Shown here piece after piece: positions 37,641-50,039 of a DNA stretch of 64,000 nt. Origin of the DNA: Leptogorgia sarmentosa (lineage: Eukaryota); the NCBI GenBank assembly GCA_964658305.1, contig OZ210885.1, positions 17,918,001-17,982,000 on the forward strand, read 5' to 3'. A program made the position numbers and the translations under genes. The notes below the pieces were generated by a model. That model ran no database searches. It was given only the letters and a program-made list of their open reading frames with translations, and was not told where the DNA came from. Within the stretch, counting starts at the first letter, position 1, and every line of letters begins with the position of its first letter.

Positions 37641-38749
37641 AACCAGACAATGTGCCCAAACAAACAAAATAATGCTGCTCCCAAATTTAAGGCGCGTGAA
37701 ATGTGGACTCACACATTTTTTTGCTTGGCCCATCGTGAGCAAATGGTGGCTCCAAGTGCAGCTCTCAAAGCACGTTTACAACAGGCTGGCTTAGGCCGGA
37801 AAAAAATTTGCTTCAACTGGAAAGCGAGTGCGGCAGAAGTGAAAACAAAGTTAGAAGAGGTTTACCCAAAGTTAGAAAATGGCGGGGGCTTTGAAATAAT
37901 GAGGCGTGGAGGCGAACATGTCAATGATTTGATGGTCATACAGCCACCCCGTAGTGGATACAGTGTTCCATTTCTACGGGATACAGCAGGACTAGGACAA
38001 GCCATTGCATTTATCCGGCCAATTCAAATTAACTTAGACATTCAAGCTGTACCAGTTATGGAAAGTTCTGAGGTACTGTAAACATATTGATTTCATAAAC
38101 CATTTTGCAATTGTTTATGAAGCTGTTACAATGAAAATGCAACCTTCCCTGTAGAATTGCCTATTTTTCAAACCCCTGTGTGGAATTTCAAGGCTTCTCA
38201 GTGAAGTGGAAAAGGGAGGGGGTAGATATCAAAATTGCCAATTTCAGAAACCTTTTATATCACATTTACTATCCCCATCTTACACAATTCTAAGTACTCC
38301 AGAACTGCTCAAAAGAATTATTGACTTGAGCAATACCCTGCCCCCTTCTTACATGTATTATTTATCAACATTAGCATATAAACTGGGAGAATTTGTAACA
38401 AGATAAGTATTAAAATGTTTTTAGGACACTGGTTCTGTTCCTTTAGTGAAATGCATAAATTGTGAAACTGAGGTATCAGTTACTGAGATCCGGGAACATC
38501 AACAGAGTTGTTGTAAAGATGATGAACTGTGAGTACAAATATAAAAAAAGAATTCTTTTTTGCTGGACAGCTATGTTAAATTTTGCTAAATTAAATTGGA
38601 ACGTTTTTACCCTTAATGAAAGCTCTATCATCTAAGAATTGACTGAATTGTGCAGGAAATTTAGTTAAGTACTGTAAAAATACTTCACTCCTTGATTGCA
38701 AAAACTTCTTTATTGTTTTGAATTCTCATCTTGTACTTCATATAATTAT

Positions 38750-40440
38750 TGTTGTGGCTATTTCCACAACAATAGCATGACGATGTTAATTAATGAATGC
38801 ATATGCATGCAAATCAAGTGCATGATATCAATTCATGTGTGTGATATTTTAAGTCATAAGCAAGTAAGTCATAAGCAAGTAATCATCTCGAAGTAAGTGA
38901 GTTATTCAAGTATATATTAACTCAAGTAAGCAGTCGTCAACAAGTTATTTAAGCTTAATGTAGCTTAATATGTTGGGATAAACCTAGGGCAATTTGCACG
39001 ACTGGCAACTTAGCAAGGCAACCGATGCATACCAAAACACGCAACACATTTTTGTGGCATATAATTTGGGCAGGGAAGTGCTCGAAAGGTCTAGAGGCTC
39101 TAACTAACCTAAGTTTTTCTAGAGGAACAGGTGGACCTCTAGATTGCAGAGGGAGTGACGCGGCTCTGTGCATGTTGTACAGCGAGTTGAGTCCTGATGG
39201 TCTGGGGACCACCATTGGTATACTGAGACAGTAAGGGTACTCAAGACCTGACAGAGCATGCAAAAACTATAGGTTTTGCTAGAGGAACAAGTGGGCCTCT
39301 AGATAACAGGGGAACAGGCGAACCCCCGTCTAAGGTCAGTCAGCTCGTTAATGTTGAGTACTAGTTGGACTGGTGACCAACTATTGGTAAAGGGTATTCA
39401 ACTATGAAATGACTGACCCGTAGAGTCTCTAGATCAGGTCATTCTGGTCGCATTTACGACCAGGATTACCTGTAAGATGCACTTCACGTGGCGAAGTGTT
39501 GTCCAAAAGGACAGCACTTCCCTGCCATTCTTTAATGAGTATTTGTCGTTTTACATGGACATATAGTTACAGAGGTGCAATGTACATACATACTAACTAC
39601 CATACGATTCGTCTGCTGTGGGGAGGTGGGTCGGGTTTTTTGTATTCCAGGGTTTTTGTACGTACAGTCACTTCGAATCTTCAAATTAGTTTGACTGTAT
39701 TTTTGGAAGTTTGACCAGCGTTGTTAACGCAGTGCTTGTGGTCTTGCGAATGACTGAATCGCGCATGAACTGCAGTAAAAATTCCCTTTGGGGAAAAGGG
39801 GACCATTGTTCTCATGCGCGTGCAGTAAAAACCCTGGAAAAAACCGGCAATAGAGTTTCTGATTGTTCTAGTTGTGGGTTGCATCCGTTGTTCACATGCT
39901 AAGTTACCAAAGTTCAATTCCCGGGGAATTTTATAAATATTAACTGAGGTAGGAAAGAAAGTGTGCATTGTGTGAAGGAAGGCCTGAACTCTTTCCGGGC
40001 TAAATTTAGTACGTGCAAGAAGTTATGCTAATAACTGACCAGACGTTTGAGGCATAAATAAGATCTTCTTGAACATATTACTCCATTAACCACAATTTAT
40101 AGCTTCGCATAAATTGGATATATTCCTGCACAAATTGGTAAGAGACTGTATTTGTATGTATTATGTAGATTCCTGTATATATTTTCATGCTTGTACAAAT
40201 TCTGTTATATAATAGTAAATATTCGCCTCTTCTAGGAGTTTTACCGGCGAATCTACCGTGTTAAAACGTGTGCAGAAATAGAAGTGTTTATCAGATATCG
40301 TTTTCAATTTTGTACGACCTGCACAATTATTATGCAAGCAAAAAATGTAGACAAAACTCATGCATGCCCAGATGTGTCTGTAACCCATCTTTTATGAATC
40401 TTTATTTGTCTCTGTTTCAGGTTGCCACTCTCTTGTGACA
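38750..40440. mobile_element. 1.69-kb TG...CA insertion (solo-LTR-like), non-coding and highly structured
   Basis: TGTTG...TGACA termini; 5-bp TSD ATTAT (38745-38749, 40441-40445); intronic in the HECT gene. Confidence 0.65.
39069..39526 (+). ncRNA. Candidate structured RNA domain, class unknown
   Basis: Perfect 14-bp closing stem enclosing about ten stems; G-U pairs favour the plus strand; duplicated subdomains have different stem sequences. Confidence 0.5.
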
Positions 40441-43400
40441 ATTATTTTGTGTTAAATTTAGATTAGAAATCTTATCAAATGAAGATCAGGATCAAGCTGA
40501 TGTTACCTGTACTACTGATAATAAAATCCCCTTACATCCAAGTGAACAGGTATACCTGAATGTGCTGTATAACATGGATAATACCAGTTAAGATCAAATT
40601 TGATGCTTAAATATATGTTAGACTAAAGGACCACTTACTTATTTACTAATCAATCCAAAACATCCTGGAAAAGGCATGTGATTATGGGGCAGGAAATAGA
40701 AGGGGATAAAATCATAAACCCCCACAATAAAATAATGAACAAAAAGTTTGAATTGAATATCGAATGCACATGTATTAAATATTGAAATAGCTCAATAGTT
40801 TCAAAAATTATTTAATTGCCATAACTTAGAAGCACTTTTTACCCTTTCTTGGTGTTCGAATTGTGGTTCTGTAAAAACGTTTTTGGTTAACTTGGTTAAC
40901 TATGAAAGGAAATATTAATTTGATTGCCTTATTTGCTAAGTTGCCCCACCCCCATGCTGGCTCTGCCCTTTAGTTTCATTAATGAAAAGGTTGGCTTATG
41001 ACTGGACTTGAAAACTTTCCATGTACTCAGCCCGAGGAACACTATTTCTATCCCAGGAATTAGAGTGTGATGTTCACACATTTGAATGTGACAATTGTCA
41101 TGAACGATTTCCTGCCGAAGAAACTGTGGAGCATATGAACACTTGTCCTGGTGGTTCTTCTGGTTTTTCTGAAAGAAGGTACCAGTACTTAAGCATTCCT
41201 TTTACTGTACATAATTGCAAGATGATGCACATGAATTAATCCACTTGAATCCAAAACTACTAAACATTTGTCTGATGTATGTGTTTATTCTGGCAAAGTG
41301 ATTTTTTCCCATCTGATAAATTTCTACATATTTTTACACATAGAGGCAGAATAACAGATTACTTTGAGACTTCTACAGGCAGTCATTCACCTGTAGCTAA
41401 CCCTTCTGAGGCTGGTAAGTTTCCATGGTTTCAAATTTAATACTGGGCTTGGCATACTAATTAAAATGATTGAGATACATGTTCTCACATTTTATTTATG
41501 TTAACTTGTGTACCATTGGTGTACCAATAACCGGTGGATAGTGGGAAATGTGGAGTGCAGGGTGTACAGTATATTTTTACTAAAAATAATCTTAAACCAT
41601 TCCTCATTACAAGTTACCTCATATACATATAGGGCAATTCTATGATTTTCAGAAATTAAAGTATGGTTACCCAAGCAAGCAAACTAGCTATTGTCAAGAA
41701 ATGCTGCATGCTACTTTTTGTACCTTTATGTCTTGTTCAACAATCAGGAAGCAATAGGTTAAATTTATTTTTTCTTACAAATGTTTGTTAAGGTTGATGG
41801 GCAAGAAATGATTGATGATTATAAGCATGATTATTTCAAGTAAAAAACATACCCCACATTTTACATTATATAACATAAACCCAGCATTTTCCACCTTCTA
41901 CTTGGCACCTGCATTTTTCACCACACCCACATAACTATACTGTATCATTTTTTGTATTATGCAGCTGTCAACTGTATCAAAATTATCCTACCATCAATGT
42001 CACTATCTAAGATTTCAACAGCATTGAAAGTCTCCAATGGCAATCTTCAAGAAGCAGTTGAGCTGTTACTGTCTGGTGAAGATGGTTGGTATAACAATTA
42101 TGTAATACACTACAGACCAAAACATAACAAAATGATAACTAACAATGTAGATCAACAAATCATAGACTCAAAATCAAAGTAAGATATTGTGTCTTTAAGA
42201 TGGTGAATCAGATGCCAGTCTCATTGGAGAAAGCCTTAGTGAACTTCTAAAGCAGTTGCAGCCTACTCCAGGAGCACCAAAGCGTGTCACAATACGCAGA
42301 GCGGCCGTCTTTGAAGACAGTGTTGCCTTATTTAAGCAGCGAGACTTTGATTTTACGGTACCAATAAAGATTACATTTGAAGGAGAACCAGCAGTGGACG
42401 GTGGAGGACCTGTGCGAGAGTTTTTCACAATTCTAATGAGAGAACTGCTGTCACCATCATTAACTGTTCGCCTGTTTGAGGGAAAGGATTTTTGTTTTAT
42501 CCCTATTCACAATACAGATGCCTTGCGTTCAAATTTATTCAAGGTTGCAGGAAAAATGGTCACAGCCTCGGTATGCCATGGCGGGCCAGGTTTGCCAGTA
42601 TTCCCTAAGGCAGTATATTCCTATATCAAGGATCCCCATCCTGACAATATTATTGATGACATTAGTAAAGAAGATCTAGTAGACATGGAAGTTATCGAGG
42701 CAGTCAGTAAGGTAAAATCTATGACATGTATATTCAAAACAAGGGGGTTGAGACTTTGGAAATAGAGTTTGTTGCAAAAGAAAGAGTAAACATTAAGTAA
42801 AAGTAAACATTTGTTTGCATATATTACAGCATACACTCCTTCTGTATGTTGTTTAGTTGGATGATCTCAAAGAAGAAGATGTTGCCAGTTTAGCAATTGA
42901 GTTGCAAGGGTTGTTGATAAAAGCCGGATTTCCACACATTTTAACATATGAAAACCGATTTCAGGCCATTGTTGCTCTGTGTTTTCATTCGGTCATCCTG
43001 TCAAGAAAAGCCGAATTGGACCAATTTATATCTGGTTTGGGTCCCCTTATAAATATCGTGCGTAATTATCCTGATCTTGCAGCTCCACTTTTTATGACAG
43101 GCCATGCTACACCTATTACTGCTGAGGAAGTGCTCTCCCTGGTTGAATATGAAGACGTTGATGACAAACACAAGGAGTTCTTCCAGAAATATGTAAGAGA
43201 AGAAAGTAAGTATACTTTCAGTCTCTTTGTTAAATATATTTAATTAGCATTCTTAGTACAGATTAATCTTGTATTAATGCATATTTTTATTTTTATAGCC
43301 ACCAGCCTTCCTGGTTTACTGATGTTTTCTACAGGTTGCCGGGTCATTCCACCAATGGGATTTAACCAAATACATGTCCATTGGAATTAGAAATTCCAGG

Positions 43401-43675
43401 CAACGTGGATACTTATGACCACTTCAAAAGAAACATGGATTGTGCAATAAATGCTCAGGAGGAAGGATTTGGCATCATATAAAACTGTATTTTTCTGCTT
43501 GATCTGCAGAAAAAGAAAGCTTGAACAGTTTAACTGTTGAGATTGTCAATGTTAATGTTACATTATGAGAACTTGAAATAAGGGTATAGTTTTCGATTTT
43601 GTACTTTAGTAAACCAGCTGTTCAAATTCCATTTATACAGCCTGTCAGAATTCAATCATCTTATGCTAACCAAAT

Positions 43676-45708
43676 TTATGAATTATTTTGCAAACACTCG
43701 TCCAAATATGAAAGAACTTCCATGTATATATCTACCCCATGATACAAAGAATCTCGTAAAGGGTCAATCAATCTCCGTAGCTCTCCAGCCTCTGTCTCGT
43801 TTATGGGTAATTCTGTTTCCGGGACCATGATGTCAGTTTCATCTGTTGCTTCGGCACTAGGGCACAGACTATCCCAGTCGACACCATAGTCTGCAAAGTT
43901 CTATATGTAATAATCATATTTGTCTTTAGCGGCTAAAATAGTATTGGTCTCATTACTTTGAATTTGTTTTCCTTTGTTCTTATAGGGAAATATAGTAGAA
44001 CTGACCAGTCCAGGGTTGTTAGCATTCCTGCTTAACAATGCTCTTAACGTTTGGCTTATTTATTCAAGGATACTAACAACCCTCAACCAGCCAGATATTA
44101 CGTTTCAAGTAGTACTCCAAAGTATGAACATTACAAAAAGCAACTATCAGGAATATTTACCTGATCAGAAAATTCTTCTGCAATTCTATTACTAGGGCTT
44201 GAGAGCATTCCTCTAAACCATATTTGCTCTGGGGATTGATTTTGCTCGGTACTTATGGGTCCTCTGTTGTGACCTTCCATGAACAACATCAAGTGTCGGT
44301 TGATTATTGGAAGGTACACGTAATGCAGTGCAGCTAAATGTTGTTCGTTAGCTGGATCTAGAATATCTTCATCTTCCATGTGGTAGAACAAGTTGTAGAA
44401 AAGATAAGTGCAACCAGTGAATAGATCCCTCCACAGCCTTTCTATTCGCTGGTTGTGAACACTTTTACCAGCAATGTGGCTTCCTCGATCTGGACCTCGT
44501 GATGGGTGGGACAGCATGTACCATGCAACTTCAGTGTTTTCACCCCCCTTGTCTGAGCGAACACGAGATGGAAGCCCAAATTTGTCAACTGCTGATTTGA
44601 AGCATTGAAGAACAGTGGAAGCCTGGTTGTTCGTAGAGCATGCAAGAAATACTATCATGCGAGAAAACCCATCGATTCCACCATGAACAACAAATCGCCA
44701 ACTATAAAAAAGTAGTTTTTTCAGTTTGAACATTTTACATACAATACTGTACAAAGATACAGTACTGTAATTTGAAAAACTTGTTAGCCTGTGTGCAGAA
44801 AAAATGAGGGGTTCACATGTGTGCACAGTGCACTGTAAGAAACAAAACGTTTTTGGCAAATTTTCCTGATGACATTGAGTTATATCAACACGGCTCCTAT
44901 TCAATGAGCGTTCAGAGTTTACAAATTAGCATTTGTAAAAGACCTTTGAGGTAATAACATACATTATAAAACACATTTGAGGTAATAGCATACTGAATTA
45001 ATTTATGGTTGCCGTCAATATGCCATAAGGAAAGAGGACCAGCAACACTATAATGTCTTCGCCGAATGATGTTCATTTCAAGAGCTCGTAGGAGGACCCC
45101 TTCAGAATCAACTCTGCGCATCGATTGGCGGATACAGGCCTGCTGCATGTGAATGCCTCTCGCCCTAAGAAGACCAGTTATTCTTTTGCTCCCAACATTT
45201 GGGAAATCCCTTTGAATGTCAGTTATCACTGCATCCAACTGTTCATCGGATAAAGAGGTATAAAAATTTGCAGCTGACAGCCCAAAGCCACACATACGCC
45301 TTTCAACAGTACGTTTACTGGTAATAAATAATTTTGCAATTTCGTCAATCTTGAATTTTTTTTCTAATAAAAATGCCAGCTGTTCAAATGGTATTTGAAG
45401 TCGTGGTCTACCTCTCCAGTAAACACTGTCTCAACTGCAAGTTGGAAGGTGTTGCTGTTGCTCCCAGAGTTTTGTTGTAGGCATTCCTTAGCCAAACTTA
45501 TGCAGTTTACAACTCTCTCGTCGACAATACCCAAATCAGCGTACCTTACTACCGTGCTATATAACCAGTCAAGACGATACTGTACTCTATCAACTAAATT
45601 TTCATCTAAATTTTCTGACTGTAGTTGCATCAGTACAGAATGCAACACATTATTCAGTTCGATTCTTGTTTGCCTACGATTTTGATCAACTCCCGAGCTT
45701 TCCGCCAT
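43676..45708 (-). pseudogene. IS3EU-type DDE transposase (integrase core), 3 exons
   Basis: [29 protein letters not shown] and [13 protein letters not shown] motifs; introns about 44702-44993 and 43901-44160; frameshift near 45410. Confidence 0.88.
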
Positions 45709-46263
45709 ATTTGATTCCTATTCCGCACATACCTTGAGACTTCTTTTGGTTGTCGAATTTTGGTTTCTGAGTGCCATGCCGAATGAAATTTCTCGCTGAA
45801 TGAAATATCATGCCGAATGAAATTTCATGCCGAATGAAATTTCTTGCCAAATGAAATTTCTCACCAAAAGAAATTTCTTGCCGAATGCAATTTCTCACCG
45901 AATGAAACTCGCCATAATTGCAAATAAGCATTTCATAATTGCATAACTGAATGGCATAAATGCAACTGTAAATAGCATAATTCAATGAATGAATTTTGGC
46001 GGATATCACACCTCATATTCTACTTCATGTAATTCAAACATCATTGGACTGCAACGACAATTTCCGAACATCTTACGATTGTGTTTCGGAAAGGATGCTC
46101 GAGTTCGTAGCCTGTGACGCGTAAATAGTGAGTTTGGGGAAAGGCAACGGCAACGCAAAAATGGAGCGCGGAGGCCTGGGTACGACAACGTCGATTGGTG
46201 CGCATGCCGTCGTAAAAAAATTTGTAGTTAGTTTGGGAAACACAACGCGAAGGCGACGGCAAC

Positions 46264-47132
46264 CATAGATATAGGAAGCCTAGATTGCTGACTCTGTATA
46301 AAATGTGTGGCAACTTTTGAAAATCCAAGATGGCTGCTCAACCGGTCAAATTAATAGGAGCTAGTATGGGAAAAACCATGTTTTTCGCATTTTACGACCG
46401 CATAATGTTTCCGATCACGTTCTAGCACCATTTTTTGGAAATAACTACCCGTGCTGAAGGTTTTGGATGAATATTGTGCAATTTGAATGGAATTAACCCC
46501 GAAATAATCGATCGTAAAGTGCGGCCAAAACAGTCACTTGACTTCGTTCGAAACATTTCAGGTCAAGAATGAAGCTTTTGGATGACTTTGAGGTGTTGGA
46601 ATATTCTATAGGACTTCTGTGAAAGATAAGAAATAGAAAGCGGCGTGTTGGGAGAGAAACAGGAAGCGATTTGTCGTCCACAATTCTCACTGTATATTTA
46701 GTCGTCGTTTAGGCGACCGAGTTGTCCGTGAAGGGAATTCATCCAAGAGGCCAAAGTTTACAAAACATATTTTTTCTGGCAACGATTATTTGAAGAAGGA
46801 TAAGTTAGTTTTCGGTTGATAGGCTTGAACGTCTTGAAACAACAATTTGACTGCCTTGGGAGCACTTTACGATCGATTATTTCGGGGTTAATTCCATTCA
46901 AATTGCTCAATTTTCATCCAAAACCTTCAGCACGGGTAGTTATTTCCAAAAAATGGTGCTAGAACGTGATCGGAAACGTTATGCAGTCGTAAAATGCGAA
47001 AAACATGGTTTTTCCTATACTAGCTCCTATTAATTTGACCGGTTGAGCAGCCATCTTGGATTGCTCATGTTTGCCACATGCGTCAGCATATAATTATTCT
47101 ACAGTCAGCAATCTAGGCTTCCTATATCTATG
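46264..47132. mobile_element. MITE with about 260-bp TIRs, P-element-like ends
   Basis: CATAGATATAGG...CCTATATCTATG; 8-bp TSD ACGGCAAC; empty site visible in the duplicate near 54690. Confidence 0.92.
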
Positions 47133-47573
47133 ACGGCAACGGCATTAGCCGAGCAAAAAGACTGGCACTACTCACGTTGTCTTTTATTTGACGGCGCGTT
47201 CAGAACGGCATTTTGCTCTATTTCACGTTGTCAAGACAATTTCTGTATTTCTGCTCTGTTTTGGAAAGAAAAATGGCCGAAAATAAGTAAGGATTGCTTT
47301 TATAACTGCTAATAATGATAAGTATCGCTTCATGCTATCCTAGTAGTTATTATAAACAGTAATTTCTGAACATATTGTTCGCTTGACATATTGTAAACAA
47401 TTTGTATTGCGCTATTGGCTACGGTTACACGTTTGTGTTTATTATACGAACTGATTGTGATCTTTGTATTTATTTTTTTCAAAGTTTTTAAATAACTTTA
47501 ACATCTGTTCACACATTTAAATAATTTGTTTATGTTAATTCTTTTTATATTGTAAAGGAAAGCGAATGTGGCC

Positions 47574-48224
47574 ATGAAATGGACACCACAACACGACCTG
47601 GAACTTGTAAAAGAAATGCTGGCAGAAAGGCCGTTCGATTTTCCTAAAGGATCTCGCGAGATTGGCGCTGTTTGGAAAAAAATCATGTCAAATTTAAACT
47701 CGAACACAGCAATAAACTTCACATTAAACACAATTCGAGCTGTGAGGGACCGCTATTAACTGTTGGAGACGAAATTTAAGCGAAATATGCAAAAAGAGCT
47801 GAATGCATCTGGAATCGCTGTTGAGCGGACCGAATTTGACGAAGCTATGGAAGACCTTGTAGAATACTTTGAAAACCAGGAAGCAACTGCAGAGACTGAG
47901 AAGGAAGCAAAGTTGGAAAATATGGAAAACCAAAAGCAGAAGGCTGAAGACGTACGTTTGAAAGCTTTGGAAACGTTTTCGGAGACTAAGAAAAGAAAAA
48001 ATACGGCGGAAAAAGAATCGGACAAATGTTCGAATTCGAAGCGGCGAGTTACGGCTGTAAAATTTCTGCAAGAAAAAGCCGAGAGAGACATGGCATGGAG
48101 AAAGGAAGAATTAGAATTAAGACGTAAAGAATTGGAGCTGAAAGAACAACAACTGAGGTTACAAAATCAGCAGCAAGCTGACATGATGAAAGCACTTTTT
48201 TCGTTGATAAACAAAGATAATTAA
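47574..48224 (+). pseudogene. Harbinger Myb/SANT-like accessory protein
   Basis: KWTPQHDLELVKEM...W..I...N..RAVRDRY followed by a coiled coil; stop at 47757-47759; truncated inverted copy at 54092-54269. Confidence 0.75.
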
Positions 48225-48421
48225 TATAGCTGTAAAAAACTCTATTTATCGTTGAACACTTGAACTGTTTACGAGAAAGCCAGAAATGGACTCAGTTAAG
48301 TAATATTTAATGAGTTTGACAATATTTAAATGCTATTGACATTTTACTCATTTTATACAAGTTGTTGTTGTATACTGTATTTACAAAATGTTTTACATGC
48401 AGTATAATTATTGTAAAAGTT

Positions 48422-49005
48422 TTAATAAAAGTACTCATCTAAAGATGGAGGATCAAGTTCAAAGTATGTTGAAACAGGATTGTTGTACAAGCATGTCAAT
48501 GCATTTTGCAGAATAGCACATACTATGTAGAACTTTGCAACAGGGCTAAGAGAAATACTCTGCTGTCGTTTAAAATCGGTGAACTTAAAATATTTTACAA
48601 TCTCTCCAAATAGCCATTCTACTGTAACTCGCACTGAACTCATTGCTTTGTTAAAATCTTCCATTTCCCTGGTCAACACAACATTTCGAAATGGGGATTG
48701 TAAATGATTTCTTAGAGGATATGCAGGGTCTCCATACAAACACAAGGGCTCGTTGTTTGGCGAATAAGCCACCCTTTCAGGGTTCTCCAGAAGTCCTGAT
48801 TCTCCGAGCATTCCAGCATCATGTTTTCGACCCTCTATGATAAAGTAATTATTGTATAATTATAAATATAAATAATTATGTATTACACTGAAATATTTTA
48901 GTTTGTATGCAAGCTAGAGAGTATCTATATTGTGTTTATACTTACCCCATGGGCCGGCCAGATTTCCAATCAGACCATTTGGCAAGGCAACTGATTGAAA
49001 TTTTA
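48422..49005 (-). pseudogene. HARBI1-like nuclease, 3' half (copy 1)
   Basis: LKFQSVALPNG, GRKHDAGML, YGDPAYP and RVTVEWLFG motifs; one intron; 5' half missing. Confidence 0.88.
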
Positions 49006-50039
49006 AAGGGTTAGGATAAAACGCGGAGCGAATGGGCGGATTGACGGAGCGGAGCGGATTGGCGGAGCGGATATGGGGATAAAATGCGGAGCGGATATGG
49101 GGATAAAACGCGGATATGGGGATAAAACGTGGATATGGGGATAAAATGCGATATAATTATATAAATAAAGTATTATATGCGCTAAATAGGTAAGAAATAC
49201 ACGAAGTAACTGCCTGTTTTCCCCAAACAAGAAATTTGAACATTTATTTAATGTTTCTAGTCAATAAAGGTTTAAGATTCAAAACGACGCAACGCGGTGG
49301 CCTACAACGCGGTAAAAAATCTCATTTGAAAGCCGATATGGTTTACTAAAGTTCTTGTTTACATGCCAAGTATGATGTTGGGATTTTTGGAAATAGTTTA
49401 TTGTTATGAAGTCCTAGTGTTAAAATCGTTAAAATCAATGTTGAGTCCAGCCTTCATGCTCCATATGAGAACTGACGTCGTCCAGATGACGTTACTCCCA
49501 CAGTCCCACTAGCATTGTAAACAAGACCTTTGAGGACATTAAGAAACCTGATAATTGTTCTTGAGGTGCTTTGTGAGTAAGAAATACGATAACTTTTCCT
49601 TCTTTTAGGCTATTGTTTAGAAGGCCTCGTTGTCGACGTTTGCGTTCTAGATAAACGTTATCACCATGAAAAATTGTTAACAAATTAAAAAAAAAATTGG
49701 TAACAATAAGACTAAATATTTATACCGCGTGGTGAAAAAAAAAATTAACGTCTGTTTGATTAAGTGTGAATTGAAAGACCATAAAAAGTAGTGTAATAAA
49801 ACAATCTTTATAGCTCCATGTAGTTCTTGTAAACTTGAGTTAGCAATTTAACAATTCAACCACCTTCATTGAAATAGTGCTTACTAAACATGGTAAAGCA
49901 GTTAAATAATTATTTTAATACGTCGTTTTTAGCTCATTAATTTTTGACTGTTTGTTTAGGAATTCTTGACTCTTGCTTAAACTGAGCTATAGTACTAGTA
50001 GTGAACGAAAATGCCCATGGCGTATGTCAAAATTTAAAT

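Larger units (their letters stand above)
36756..43482 (+). pseudogene. Multi-exon HECT E3 ligase-like gene (G2E3-like) with C2HC zinc fingers and a CUE/UBA-like motif
   Basis: Approximate exons: 36756-38072, 38425-38528 (CINC..H..C), 41057-41178 (CDNC..H..C), 41966-42085 (ALKVSNGNLQEAVELLL), 42200-42711 (FEGEPAVDGGGPVREFF), 42857-43205, 43300-43482 (LLMFSTG..IPPMGF, EGFG). Early TGA at 36780; catalytic-Cys segment appears deleted. Confidence 0.8.
36433..46017. mobile_element. IS3EU-type DNA transposon, complete, with HECT cargo gene
   Basis: About 270-bp TIRs (36433-36702, 45748-46017) with internal 17-bp tandem repeats; TAT...ATA termini; 6-bp TSD TTCTAC. Confidence 0.88.

Noticed and set aside
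39069..39526. Hammerhead ribozyme, RNase P/MRP or telomerase RNA identity for the structured domain
   Set aside because: No CTGANGA/GAAA core on either strand, no convincing RNase P conserved regions, and CTAACCTAA alone is too short to call a telomerase template.
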